Shown one piece after another: positions 24,167 through 37,100 of a stretch of 64,000 nt of DNA. Each line of letters starts with the position of its first letter. Position 1 is the first letter of the stretch. The DNA comes from Balamuthia mandrillaris (lineage: Eukaryota): contig JAVKOQ020000030.1 in assembly GCA_031835245.2 (NCBI GenBank), positions 186,001-250,000 of the forward strand. Direction: 5' to 3'. Under the pieces are notes generated by a model. The model did not search any database. It saw only the letters and a list, made by a program, of their open reading frames with translations, and had not been told where the DNA came from. A program made the position numbers and the translations under genes.

Positions 24167-25421
24167 TCAATCATCACTACTGCTTTCTGTTTCATCCCCA
24201 CTGCTTTGTAGGTCCGTCTCCATCGCCATTCCTTCTTCCATTTGACTAGATTCTTCCTTTGAACTCTGCTTGTCTTTTTGCTGCTGATGATGGCGACGAC
24301 GCGGTTTGAGCTTGGAGGCAAGGAAGTTGCGAAGCCATGCACATCCCATTACTAATAGAAAGCAGGCGATGCCAGCTGGCCATAGAATGATGTAGTAAAA
24401 AGCGTTACTGGGCTTACTCCAATCCAGAATCTCGTAGACCCATCTTACAGCACAGATAGAAAACAGCGAGAAGGAAGGAACGAAGGATCAGGAAGGGAGG
24501 AAGAAAACAAAACCAGCAAGAAAGACAGTTAGCATGAATGAAAGCTGAATAGTGAAGAAAACAACTAGACTTACTCATCAGAAAAAGCATAATAGATCCA
24601 TGCGACGAAGAGATAAGTCATGCCAAAGGCGATAGGACAGATGAAGTACACAAAAAAGACGTCCATCCTATTGAGCACGAGCTCTAAAGCCATCCATACG
24701 ACGTTGACGGCATGCACGTTGATGCCAAGAAATAGCTTGAGCTGGTCGTCTGATGTATCTCGCTCCGTTCCAAACACAGCCGCCCAATAACTTCACCGAG
24801 CGTTCATCAGAAAGAAGAGAGGAAAGAGGAGAGGAGAGAAGAGCAAGAATAAGAGACAACGAGGAAAGAGTAAACAAGAGAAAGAGAGAAGCGGCGAAGC
24901 AGAGAAGAGAGAGGAAAGCGAGAACGAGAGAGGAGATGCAGATAAAGCAGGAGAAAGATGCAAGGAGAGAAGCAAAACCACTTACATAATATCAAGAAAC
25001 AGGGCATTGGCTGCAATAAGAGGGAACGCTATCCAATATATCAGCTCCACCACGTTCAACCGGGCTTTGTCGCACCCTTTCTCTCGCCGATACTCCTAGT
25101 ATCCAAAGTAAAAGTCGCCCAAATGCCGCAACACCGGCAGAGCTTTCCGATGCGAAAGAAACAAAAGGCCCAACACGGCACCCACCTGCGAAACCCAAAA
25201 ACAAAAATATGAAGAGAGTATAAGCAGAAGAAGGCCAAAAGCATAGTGATCAACGGCAAGCAAGAAAGAGATACGAAAAAAAAAAGAAAACGAGAAAAGA
25301 GATATAAATAATAAGAAAAAAAAAGAAAACGAGTAAAGAAAGAAACGGAGAGAGAGAGGGAGAGAGAAAGTGATATAAAAGACAACTTCGAACCAGACAA
25401 AAAAAGAAAACGAGTAAAGAA

Positions 25422-25466
<45 letters not shown>

Positions 25467-25843
25467 CTGAGGAAGCGCTCGCTCAAAAAAAGGAAGAGAA
25501 AAATACTATACAGCAAAATAACCAGGCAATAAAATGAAGTTGAGATGGGTGAAGTAAGCAAACATGGACCCGTTTCCATTGTTCGTGGAGACTTTAAGCA
25601 AAAAGATGGTGAAAGTATAGACAAAAGAGATTACACGAAAGACCTTTTTTTTTTCAAAAAAAACAAGATGAGATGTTTGTTTTCAACAAGTAAATAATAA
25701 AAAGGATCGTTACAACGCACAAATAGAGCCCAGGAAGGCACAAACCAGGAAGAAACCAAGTCAGACGCCGCATGGTGCTTGAAGTGAGGCCGTAAGAGCC
25801 ATCGCAAGCACGCGCGGTTGAGCACCCGTTCGGCGTGAACCAT
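24167..25843 (-). CDS. Rolling-stone-like multi-pass membrane protein with an in-frame TAG at 25096-25098
   Basis: MFAYFTHLNFILL, IYWIAFPL..FLDI, INVHAVNVVWMALELVLNR and WVYEILDWSKP resemble the rolling-stone family; one exon is interrupted by TAG. Confidence 0.7.
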
Positions 25844-26030
25844 TTCTGTTTATCTTTTGTGTTATTTTTTCATCGGTAAATTTCGGAGTTCGATATTATC
25901 GGGCAATTATTGTTAATTACGACAATTATTGTCGCGAATTTTTGTCGACATAAATATTAAATTCAAAAATTTTTCTTCGAAATACATGCTAAAAAAAAGC
26001 CAAAAAAAAAGAGAGAAGGAAAGACAAACA

Positions 26031-28483
26031 TCACTGGCGTTGCTTTTGTTGTTGCTGATGGTACTTCCAATAGTCATCCAGTATCTCGCGGATGGTCCTC
26101 AATGTGTCCTCGTAGCATAGAAGGAAGGTCTTCAAGACCTCCTTCACGATTCCATTGGTGAAGAGCTCATCCAACCGCAGGATAAAGTTGCCCAAGCCCC
26201 GCCACATCTTCAACACCGTGGCCAGAAAGCGCAGGCACACCACCCGCAGGGCCTTCACGACCATAGAAACCACTCCCAAGATGGTCTTGCTGGTCAGGGT
26301 AAGCAACAGCGTGATGACTGCTTTGAGCAAGTCCGCGTGGGCCACCAAAACGGCTTTCACGCTTTCCAAGGCCACTTGGCAAATGGAACGAATGGAGAAG
26401 AGTAACTCGGAGAGGCTGAGGGAAGAAAACTCGGTGATGGAGTGGATACAGGCGAGAAGAACGGTGCGGAGGGTTTGTTGGTAGTTGGAAAGGAGGCGGA
26501 TCCACGGATACACTGCCTCATCGAGAGTAGCCTTCCAGAGGGTGCGGAAGAGGTCAAAGTAACCCGCAACGCTCATTCCTTTTGTTTCCAAGGTTAAAAA
26601 AAGAAAAAAGAAAGAAAAAGAAAACATAAACAGTAAAAAAGCTTACCAAGCAAATCGGTGACTCTCGTGATGAGCAGGGTGAACAAGGTGGTAAAGGCCT
26701 TCCAATAGTCCTGCAACATGCCGCGGAAGGTATCCAACGTGGCCAAGAACAATGTGGTAAGTGCCTTGAAGTAGCCTCGCACGCTCATGCCCACCACCCC
26801 CACCACTTTAGTGATGAGCAGGGTGAACAAGGAGGTGAAGGCCTGCCAGTAGTCCTGCAACATGCCGCGGAAGGTCTCCAATGTCTTCACATAGAGGTAA
26901 GTCAGCGCTCTAAAGTAACCTCGCACACTCATGGCCACCACTCCCACGACTTTGATGATGAGCAGAGTGAATAGGGAGGTGAAGGCCTTCCAGTAGTCCT
27001 GCAACATGCCGCGGAAGGTATCCAACGTGGCCAGGAACAATGTGGTGAGAGCCCGGAAGTAACCTCGCACGCTCATGCCCACCACACCCACCACTTGGGT
27101 GATGAGAAGAGAAAACAGGGTGGTAAAGGCCCGCCAGTAGTCCTGTAACATGCCGCGGAAGGTGTCCAGCGTTCTGGAGAAGAGAACTATCAGCGCATGG
27201 AAGTAGCCACGGACGCTCATGGCCACCGCGCCCACCACTTTGTTTATAAGAAGCGAGAACAAGGTGGTGAAGGCCTTCCAATAGTCCTGCAACATGCCGC
27301 GGAAGGTATTCAGGGTGGCCAGGAATAACGTGGTGAGGGCCTTGAAGTAGCCTTGCACGCTCATACCCACCACGCCCACCACCTTCGTGATGAGCAGAGA
27401 GAACAAGGTCGTAAAAGCTTTCCAATAGTCCTGTAACATGCCGCGGAAGGTATTCAACGTGGCCAAGAACAATGTGGTGAGGGCCCTGAAGTAGCCTCGC
27501 ACGCTCATACCCACTACGTCCACCACCTTCGTGATGAGAAGAGAAAACAAAGTCGTAAAGGCCCGCCAATAGTCTTGCAGCAGGCCACGGAAAGTCGCCA
27601 ACGTGGCCAAGAACAACGTAGTGAGGGCTTTGAAGTAGCCTTGCACGCTCATTCCCACAACGTCCACCACCTTGTTGATGAGCAACGTGAATAAGGTGGT
27701 GAAGGCTCGCCAATAATCCTGCAGCATGCCGCGAAAGGTATCCAATGTCTTAGAGAAGAGGACGATAAGCGCGTGGAAGTAGCCGCGCACGCTCATGCCC
27801 ACCACGCCCACCACCTTGTTGATCAACAGGGTGAACAAGGAGGTGAAGGCCTTCCAATAGTCCTGCAACATGCCGCGGAAGGTATCCAACGTGGCCAGGA
27901 ACAACGTGGTGAGGGCCTTGAAGTAGCCCTGCACGCTCATGCCCACCACCCCCACCACCTTCGTGATGAGCAGGGTGAACAAGGAGGTAAAGGCCTGCCA
28001 GTAGTCCCTCATCATGGCCCTGAACGTGTCCAACGTCTGGGAGAAGAGCGTGGTGAGAGCCTTGAAATAGCCACGCACGCTCATGGCCACCGCACCCACC
28101 ACCTTGTTGATGAGCAGGGTGAACAAGGAGGTGAAGGCTCGCCAGTAGTCCTGCAGCATGCCACGAAAGGTGTCCAATGTCTTGGTCCAGAGGCCGATGA
28201 GAGCAATAAAGTAGCCGAGGAGGCCGAGTTGGACGGCGCCCACCACGCGGTTGATGAGCAGCGTGAAGAGGGACTGGAACATGTGGAAGTAGGCCAAAAC
28301 TAGCGTCTGCAGCGTCTGAAAGAGGGACTGAAAGTAGGAAGAAGAAGACGAAGCTGCGGGAGCATCATCTTTCGTCCTCGGTCGTCGGCCCGTTCGGTTT
28401 ATCGTTTGGGTTGTCGAGGAAGGTGAGCGTGGGTGAACTTGGGCAGAGGGGCACGCACCAACCTCCCCCGCGGAACTGCTCAT
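26031..28483 (-). CDS. Uncharacterised protein with about 11-12 tandem 48-aa amphipathic repeats; intron at 26579-26646
   Basis: ORF 26594..28561 joins ORF 26031..26627 at a G|GT...AG|GA junction that continues the repeat in frame (DLL-G-MSVAGYF). Confidence 0.85.
26650..28290 (-). repeat. 144-bp coding tandem repeat array
   Basis: CCAGTAGTC recurs at 27998 and 28142 (144 bp apart); consensus YW(K/R/Q)AFT(S/T)LF(T/S)LLI(T/N)KVVGVVGMSV(R/Q)GYFKALTTLFLATLDTFRGMLQD. Confidence 0.95.
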
Positions 28484-29011
28484 GGTTTCCCTTGTTTGCC
28501 AACACACACAAACGCACAGAGAGAGAGAGGAATAGTTTGGATGGAGAGGGAGGGAGAGCAAGAAGGGAGAGAAAAGGCCGTTTTTTTTTGTTGTTTCTTT
28601 CTCTCAATTTCTCTTTTTTTGTCAGTTTTTTCGTTCGTTCATCTATTAGCACATCCTCCACCTATTACGTATTAACTCTGATGGAGTCAGATACACAACC
28701 ACCGAGATGCTAACTGTTCATCTGGATGGCACCATGGAACACCATCCTAATACGATGTAATTTTCATGCTAAGAGATATCTCATGTCCTCGCTCGCGTCC
28801 ATTATTTTTGTCATGTATTAGTTTAATCTCAACCTATTACAAACAAGGTCTAATAGGCGCAATATATATTCTCTTATATTCATTTTGTTTTCCTTCTAAT
28901 AGGTACATTTTTGCCATAATAATATATGAACGAGGTTTTCTCAAGCTATTAGATATCTCTTGTCCTCTCTCTCGTCCATCCGCAACAAGAAGAGCACAAC
29001 GCCAATGAAAG

Positions 29012-30556
29012 ATGAAGAGGAGAAAGCCCAACGATGAGCAGCGTGAGGGGGAGGGTGTCGGTGGATTGCCGCGGAAGGAAGACCGCCCCACCGGGTCAAA
29101 GGAACAAGAGCTCAGGAAACGTAACTATATATTTTCGCTTCTGTGATCTCTCGTGTTGTTCACCCTTTCTTCTTTCTGCTGGTAAAGGACAAGCGTTGGA
29201 CGCCTGGGAGGCTGGTCTGCTTTGTGAGCGTGGCACCAACCGGTGTGCTTCCCTTCTATCAATTGCTTTCTCTTTAGTTCTTCTCTTTTTCTTTTCTTCT
29301 CTTCATCGTTCTCTTCTCTTCATCGTTCTCTTCTCTTCTTTCTCTTCTTTCTCTTCTCTTCTTTTTCTTCTCTTCTCTTCTCTTCTCTTCTCTTCTCTTC
29401 TCTTCTCTTCTCTTCTCTTTCTTCTCTTCTCTTCTCTTCTCTTCTCTTCTCTTCTTCTCTTTCTGCTTGTTGTTGCCCTTCTTCTTGTTCTTCTGCTTCT
29501 ACTGCTTCTCCTCCTCCTCTCTCTTCTCAAACAAAAACAAAAAACAAAAACAACAGAAAGCATATGCTAAGAGGTGAATATTTGTCCTCGTCTTCCCTCG
29601 TTCGGCTCACCTCCCCTCCGCGTGGCAAACAGCTGCAAAGCATGGGCTTCCAACGTGAGCGGCATCGCTTTCTCTACCCCGAGGAGGCTCTGTACCTATT
29701 AGAACAAGGCAAGTTGGAGCTGATGGGACCCCATCCCCAAGATAACCATTTGCCATTGTCCCTTCAACAGGCGTTTGCCTTGTTGCTAGGACAAAGCAAT
29801 AGCCACAGAAGAAGAGGAAACAGAAGGGAAGAGGGAGAAGGAGAAGAGGAAGTCGAGGGATGCAGAGTGGGATTTCCTGAGTACATGGCATACTCTCATT
29901 TGAGACAAATAGGGTTTATAGGTAGGCTCGTCTTTCTCTCCTTCTTCTCCTTTCTTACTCTTGTTGTTTCTTAACGCTGCTCTTATCAGTAAAACGGCAT
30001 AAACACGAAAGTACAGCAGAAGCAGAAAGCCAGGAATACTTTTGCTACGACGTGAAGCTACCGGCTGGAGCTACAGCGAATCCTTTACACCACATTTCGT
30101 CACCCCATTTTCGGTTATTTGTTTGTCCTCATCGGTACTCCTCTCTCTTCTCTTCTTTCTCATTCTCTCCCAATCCCTTTCTTACCTCTCAACTTCAGTA
30201 ACAATACAGAAGAGTCTGTTCCATCTCTAACCCGAATGATCATTCACATGATGCAATCGATGACCACAACATCAACGTTACCAACGTCACTTGAACTTTC
30301 ACTCGACTCGCCACCAACCGCAAAACCAACAGCAACAGAAAAACAGCAGACAAACGAAGCGACCGAAAAAAAGAAAACCAACCCCGCTGAAAGCATCGTT
30401 GTCGCTGTAATGCAGCACGCCTCGGCAGCTGCCTCCACAGCAACAACGTTTTATGGCATATCCCCAGCTCCATCCAGCGTAAACGACAGCACCACCAGAA
30501 CCTCTTCCTCCTTGGCTAAACTCTCCAAACGTCAACACAGAAGCACACAAACATAA
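29012..30556 (+). CDS. TSEN54: tRNA-splicing endonuclease subunit Sen54-like, spliced
   Basis: RGKQLQSMG...LYPEEALYLLEQGKLEL...PLSLQQAFALLL...EYMAYSHLRQIGFI is the Sen54 N-terminal signature. Confidence 0.8.
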
Positions 30557-30766
30557 AAAAAAAGTAAACTTCGTTTTTTATTTTTCGGGTTAATGTTGTT
30601 CTCACTTTTTTCTCAACTAAAACCATATTGAAAAGGGCAGCCACGTTTTTCGGGATTGAAAAGAAGCAAGAAGCAGCGTTACAAACGCCAGAGGAGGTGT
30701 TGGCGCTAAGGTGCTTATTATTATAATATGTTGTTGGGTTACTTCTTCACCTGCATGACACATCAA

Positions 30767-30917
30767 GACAGCCGAAAGTTAGCAAAGACTTGAATTTAGT
30801 ATACTTCGACTCCTTCCTGAAATAGTGGAAGGAGAACCTCGGGTGTTTCTTGGAAGAACCGGCATAGGTTCTGCCGAGAGACGCCCACCCCCCCTTCTGC
30901 TAACCCGAGACGCTGTC
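30767..30917 (+). ncRNA. Candidate structured non-coding RNA of unknown class
   Basis: Nested complementary segments with G-U pairs that work only on the + strand; TATA-like tract upstream and T-run downstream (see findings). Confidence 0.4.
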
Positions 30918-31155
30918 ACCAAACCCACCTCCTTCCTCCTTTTCTTTTTTTCCCTCTTTCTCTTCTTTTTGTTTGTTTGAGAGAGAAAGAGAAGCAAATA
31001 AGCAGAGAAGCAGAGAAGCAGAGAAGCAGAGAAGCAGAGAGAGAGAGAGAGAGAGAGAAGAGAGAATGAAGTTAAAAGTACAAAAAACACTTTTTTGCAG
31101 CTGTTATTATAAACAAATAAATATCCAAAACAAAGAGAACAAAAAAAACTCTTTT

Positions 31156-34100
31156 TCAAACAAGAGCTCCTCCCTTTCGGCCGAGTCGAGACAACACCCA
31201 AAACAAAATGAAACAACAGCCGAGCAGCCAAACGACCATGTTGGCCACCAACAACGTCCGGTTCCTCCCTTCTCTCGCCTTCTTGCTCTGCTGGTGCAAC
31301 AAGAACAGCTCGTGGCGCGTGCGCAGCACCTCGTCCGTCAGCGAACGTTGTTTTTGCAAAAGAGAGGAGAGGGAGGCGGCCACGATGACGCCGCTTGTGC
31401 CTCCACCGCTTCTCTCTTTGCTCGCTCTGTCTTCCTCCTCTTCTCGTCGTTTGCGTTCCATTCGCTCTCTTTCTTTTTGCTGTTGTTGCTTGAGGTCGTT
31501 GAGTCTCTCTTCAACGAGGGATTGAATAAAGATCTTGGATTGTTGTTTGCTCAATCGACTTCTCCGTCGTAACTGCGAAGATGAAGATGAAGAAGGAGCA
31601 GATGGAGAAGGAGAAGCAGTCGTTGATGTGGATGAGGCCCTGCGTTGTGCCATCGCTGAGATTTTGGCTTCTTTCAGGTCCAACATTCGTTGAATCTTTG
31701 CTATCTCCATTTCTGTCTTTTGCAGCTCTTCTTGCAATGCCAGCGCCGCTTTCCTTCTCAACTCTTCCTCCTCTTTCGTCAACTGTCGCTTCTGTGGAGT
31801 CTGCTTGTTCTCTGTCTCTTCTCCCTCCTGTTGTTGCTGTTGTTGTTGTTGCTCTGCCCGCTCTTTCTTTTTCTCCTTTGTTTCCTCTTGTTTCTCTTCT
31901 TTCACGATAAGTGCATTCCTGAGTTTTTGCTGTCTCTCTTCCTGTTGCTTCTTCTGCGACTGCAGCAACATCCTCTCTCTCTGCAAATCAGTTTCCATTT
32001 CCTGAACGTACCTCTCTAAAGCCGTTCTCTCTCCTTGCAAGCTAGCTATCGTGTTGCCAGCCTCCTCCAACCGTCGCTGCCACTCTTCCGCTTCCGCCTC
32101 CACCTCCGCCTCTCTCTCCTCCATTCTTTGTTTGACCTCTTCCATCTCCAGTTGCGCTCTTTGTTGGAATGCTCTCAGCTCTTCTATCCATTTGTCTTGC
32201 CCATCCTTCTCGATGTCTCTTCTCCGCAACGTCTCGTTGAGTTGTGCCAGTTCTTCCTCGCGCTGCTCCAACTCGACTTTCAGTTGTTCGATCTGCTCTT
32301 GTTTGAAAGCATAAGCTTCTCCTTCAATGGCTTTCAGCTCTTTCACTCCTTGCTTCGCCTTCTCCAATGTCAGTTGAGCTATTTCAAGCTCCGATCGACT
32401 CATCATCAGCTCTTTTTGAGCCCTTTGCAGCTCGTGCGAGAGCTGCTCTTTCTGTGTTTCCAACTGCAGACCTTTTTCACGCTCCTGCTCGAGTAACTTC
32501 TCTGCGCGACTTTCTCTCTCTCTGCTTTGTTCCAGCTCGCGAAGTCGTTCATTGGCTTTTCTAGTTTCTGCCTTCAATAGTCCCGAAAGCTCTTCGCACT
32601 TGTCTTTTGTTTCTTCCAACTCGTGTTCCTTAGTTTTCGCTCTTTCTCTCTCTCGTAGCAAAGCTTGTTCTGTTCTCTCCAGAGCTTCTTTCATTTCTGC
32701 AGCCTCTCTCTCTTTCATCCAACTCTTTTCTCTCTCCACTTGAACCGTTCTCTCCATTTGTCTCTCCGCCTCTTCCTTTTCTTTCTCCATCGCTTTCACC
32801 CTTTCCTCCGCCGCTTCTTTCCTCGTCAAGGTCTCCTCCAATCTTTGTCTCACCTCTGCATTCTCCTTCTCTCTCACCGAAAGAGAGGAGCGAGCCTCCG
32901 ATAGAGCTGCCGACGTAGTGGCCAGTTCTTCCTGAACTTTCTGCCATCGCTTCTGCTCCTTCTCGTGCGCTCGATTGCGGTCCTCTCTCTCCTGCCACAA
33001 CAGGCGAGTGGCTTCCTCTCTCTCCGACACGACACGTTTGTGCTCTTCTCTCTCTGCTGCGAGTTCGTTGGCTGTTCTTTCCAGTTTTGCTCTCTCCTCT
33101 TGAAGCAACGCTTCCAGCTGTCGCTCCGCTCGTTGACGCGCCTCTTTCTCGTCCTTCAACATCGCTTCCTGCTCTTCGCAGCGAGTTCGCCATTGTCGCA
33201 TTGTCTCCTCCCAACCCTGCTTCTCCGATTTGGTGACTTCCATGGCCTTCTTTTCCGCCTCTTCCAACTCTTCTCTCATCTTTTGTTTCATCGTTGCGAG
33301 CTCTTCCTCCAGTTGCTGTTCCTTTGTAGCGGCTGCCAACAGCTCTTCCTCCAATTTCTCCTTCTCTTCTCTCAATTTCTGCGCCACTCGTTCTCTCTCC
33401 TCCACATCTTCCTTCCATCGTTCCGTTTGTGCTCTTTGAGCGTTGCTCAGTTCTTCCGTTGTCCTCTTTGCGGCGGCTAACGCCAACTCTTTCCCTTCAA
33501 TTTCCTGCTTGAGAAGAGAGAATTCTGAAGCGGACTTGCGAAGCTCTCTTTCCTTTTCGTCGAGACGATGCTGAAGTTCTTCGTGTCGAGCCTCTATTTC
33601 TTCTTTTTGTTGCTCCGACTCGAGCTTCAGTCGTTGAATGGCGTCGTCTCGTTCTTTCATTGCTTCAACCAAAGACTCGATTCGCTGGCGCTGTTGAGTC
33701 ATTTCTTCTCTCAGCGTTTGTTGTTCTTCCTCTTTGTGCAGTAACTCGGTTCTAAGCGAGTCTATGGCTGCCTCTTTGCTGGTTATGCTGTCTTTCGCCT
33801 CTGCCAATCCTCGTTCTCGTTCTTTTCTCTCTGTTTCCAATTGTTGTTCTAGTATCTCTCGTTCTTGGTCATACTTGTTCGCGTTCTCCATTTCAGCTTT
33901 CATCCTTTCTCTCTCTCTTTTAAGCTGTTCTTCCACATCTCGAATCGCCTCTTTGGCTTTCTTCTCTGCCGCCTCCAGCTCGGAGCGATAGCGAGCTTCT
34001 GTCTCTCTCATTGTGCGCTGCAAACTGGATTTCTCCTCATGATGAGCTTCGGTCGTTTCTCTCATCTGTTGTTTGAGCGCACTCAACTCTGCTCTTGTTT

Positions 34101-37100
34101 CTTCCGTCTCTTTCTTCAACTCTTCCACTTGTCTTTGTTTGGTCTGAAGAGCTTCTCCTTCTTTGGCTCTCAGCTCTTCTGCTGTTTGTTGCAGCTCTTT
34201 CTTGGCTTTTTCCAACGCCTTTTGCTTTTCCTGAACGACTTCTTCGGCCTCTTCCAATTGTCTCCCTCTTCTTCTCAACTCGGTTTCAGTAGTTTCGAGC
34301 TTCGCCTGAACGTCCGATAACATCGTTTTGAGTTGGGCTTGAGCATTCTCGCTCGTTTCAACGTCTCGTCTGCAACGAGCCATAAGTTTGTCTTTCTCTT
34401 CTGCCCATTCTTGTTCCATCTGCTCTTTCTCCCTCTTGCTTGTTTTGCGTTCCTCTGCGATTCGTTCTTCCAACGCTTTCATCGATTCTTCCAAACGTGT
34501 TTTCTCCGTTTCGAGCAAACGAGTTCTCTCTTTAGCTTCTTCTACTCTTCTGCGCTCAATCTTTACCGCTTCTTCTCTCTCCGCTTCTGCTCGCTTCAAC
34601 GCTTCTGCCGCTTCTTTCTTTCTCTCCTCCAGCTCCTTCTTCATATCCTGGTTCTGCTGTTTTGCATCGACTAGCGCTGCCTCCTTCTCCTCGCAACTTT
34701 GTTGCAGAGCCGATCGCTCCGAGTGTAATGCGGAGAGCCGTCGGTTGTTCTCCTTTTCTATCTGTTCCATCGTTTCAGCGTGTAACGCTTTTGCGGAGGA
34801 GAGCTCTCGTTCTTTGGCTCTCAATTGCTCTTCCAGAGAGATTCTCTTCTCATCCCATTCTGCGCTTTTGACTTGCATAGAACGAAGATGTTCCTCTCTC
34901 ATTCTCTCCTTCTCCTTGTTGTGTTCTTTGTTGAGCTCTGCCAGAGCGGCTCTCTCTCTGTTCATGGCTTCTTCCTTGACTCCGTAAAGTTGAGCGAGAG
35001 CCTCTTCTCTTTGTTGCCGAAGTTGTTCTTCTGCGCTGGCAACTGCCGCCTCCAACTTCTTTTTGGCTTCTTCGATAGCACGAATAGCGTCGTTGTGTTG
35101 TTTGCTTCGTTCCTCCATTTCTTCTTTCGCACGCATCAGAGCTGCCTCCGCTCGCTTCGTTTTTGCTGTCTCTTCCTCCAGCTCTGCTTCTCTCTTTCTC
35201 CGTTGAGTCTTCTCCTCGTTCAATTCTCCCTCCAGCTGTTGTTTCACTTGCCTCAGCTCTTCGCTAACTTCTTCTGCTTTCTTCTTCGCTGCCGCTATCT
35301 CTTCTTTGCGTTGTTGCAGCTCTCTCAACAAAAGTTCGAGTTGTTGGTCGCTCTGAGCTTTAGCTTGTTCCGTTTGCTCTCTCAAATCTTCGGTTTCTTT
35401 CTTTGCTGCTTCAACGCGTTGTTTCTCCTCTTCCAGTTCTTTCTCAACGAGAGATAAACGTTGAAGCAGCGTATGTTTCTCTTCTACTTCTCTTTCTCTC
35501 TCTTCTTCGCTTTGCTTCAATGCTTCCCTCTCTTTGGTCCATCTCTCTTTCCATTCATTGTCGTGAGCTTCCAACTGCGTTTGAGCGTTGTTGATCGTTT
35601 GAGAGAGTTCTTGTTGCAACTTTGCAAGTTGTTCGTTGTGTAGAGAGAGAAGCGATTCTCGTTCGTTTCTTCTCTCTTCAATGTTGCGTCTCAACGCCTC
35701 TTCGCTTTCATCTAGCTTCTTCTCCAGCTTTGCTTTTTGAGTTTTCTGAGTCTCAAGCTCTTTTGTCGTTAGCTCTTTGTACTCGTTCCATTCCTGCCGA
35801 GAACGTTTGGCATCTTCCTCCGCTTTCTTTCTTTCCTCCTCTTTTGCCTCCAATCGAAGTTTGGCCTCCGCTAAAGCGACGTGAACTTTGTTCATCTCCT
35901 CCATTTGTTGACGAGCTCCTTTGTTGCTCTCCTCTGCAACGTTAGTCAACACTTTCAATGCCTCTTCTTTGCTCTTCACTTCCAAAGACAAGTTTTGGAG
36001 TTCTTGTTCTTTCTCTGACAAGCGAGCCTTCCATTTCTGTTGAGACTGATTGAAACGATTTTGTTCTTGTTCTAACTTTTGGTGCTGTTCTTCCTCCTTT
36101 TGAACAAGAAGAGCTTTCCATTCGGTTTCTCGCTGTTGGCTCTTCTCTTTCTCTTCCTCCACTTCTCTTTTCAAAGAGGCAGCTTGTTCTTGTTGTTGCT
36201 GTGCCTCTCGTTCCATCTTCTCTCTTAGCTCGTTCATTTCTTGTTGCATTTGTTCTTTTTCCTTTTGTCTTCGCTCATTCTCCTCCTTGTCTCTCTGTTC
36301 CATTTGTTGAATCTGAAGCTCAGCCTCTTCTGCTCGTTGGAGAGCATCTGCCAGTTCTTTCTCGTGCCTTTCTCTCTCCGTTCTTTCCTTCTCCTCGCTT
36401 TCTTCCGCTCTCTTCCTCCATCTGCTCAACTCTCTCTCCAAATGCTTCCCGGCCTCTATTTCTTGGATAAGAATCTCGTTTCCGATCTCTTCTCTCTCTC
36501 TGTAGTCGTTGATGCATTGAATGCTTTCCGACAACTTCTTCCTCCACGAGCTTATCTCCGCTTCATAGTCCTTTTTCAGTCGGTCGAATTCTTTCCACTC
36601 GACATAGTCCTGAAAACGATCATACTTTTGCTTGAGCTCTTGCAACTGTTCTTTGAGCTCTTCCATTTGTTGGCCTTTGCGCTCGGTGTGTTCCTGCATC
36701 TCTTTCACTTTCTTCTCTTTGACTTCATTTTCGATGAGCAGCTCGTAAAATACCAACTTCTCATCCTCCTTTTCTTCCTCGCTTTCCTCATCATCGTAAA
36801 GATTGTCGCTGTTGTTGTTAATGCTATTGTGAATGGAAGGCAACGAAGAAGACAATGGAGAAGAGGCTCCACGGTTTCGTTCTTGTGTTGTTGCGCCATC
36901 TCCTCCTTCTGCTTCAGTATCGCTCTCGAAGAAGACACCAAAGGCATCACTTTTGTTGGTTTTGAGGCTACGAAAGAGCAAATCCTCTCCGTCAACATCG
37001 TTTGTTTCGCTCGCATCCGTCTGGCCATTCGTTCGTCGCTCAGAGATGCTTCGATTGCTTCGTCGCATACGACGACTGTTGTCGCGTGAGCCGCTCTTAT

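Noticed and set aside
25096..25098. Genome-wide TAG reassignment
   Set aside because: TAG ends cysK right after its conserved C-terminus and ends other genes, and long ORFs such as the 2046-codon exon contain no in-frame TAG.
26650..28290. Prophage tape-measure gene
   Set aside because: The periodicity is reminiscent, but the gene has a spliceosomal intron and there are no phage genes nearby.
30898..30907. Telomerase RNA template (CTAACCC)
   Set aside because: Only 7 nt match and they are paired in a predicted stem; a template needs about 1.5 accessible repeats.
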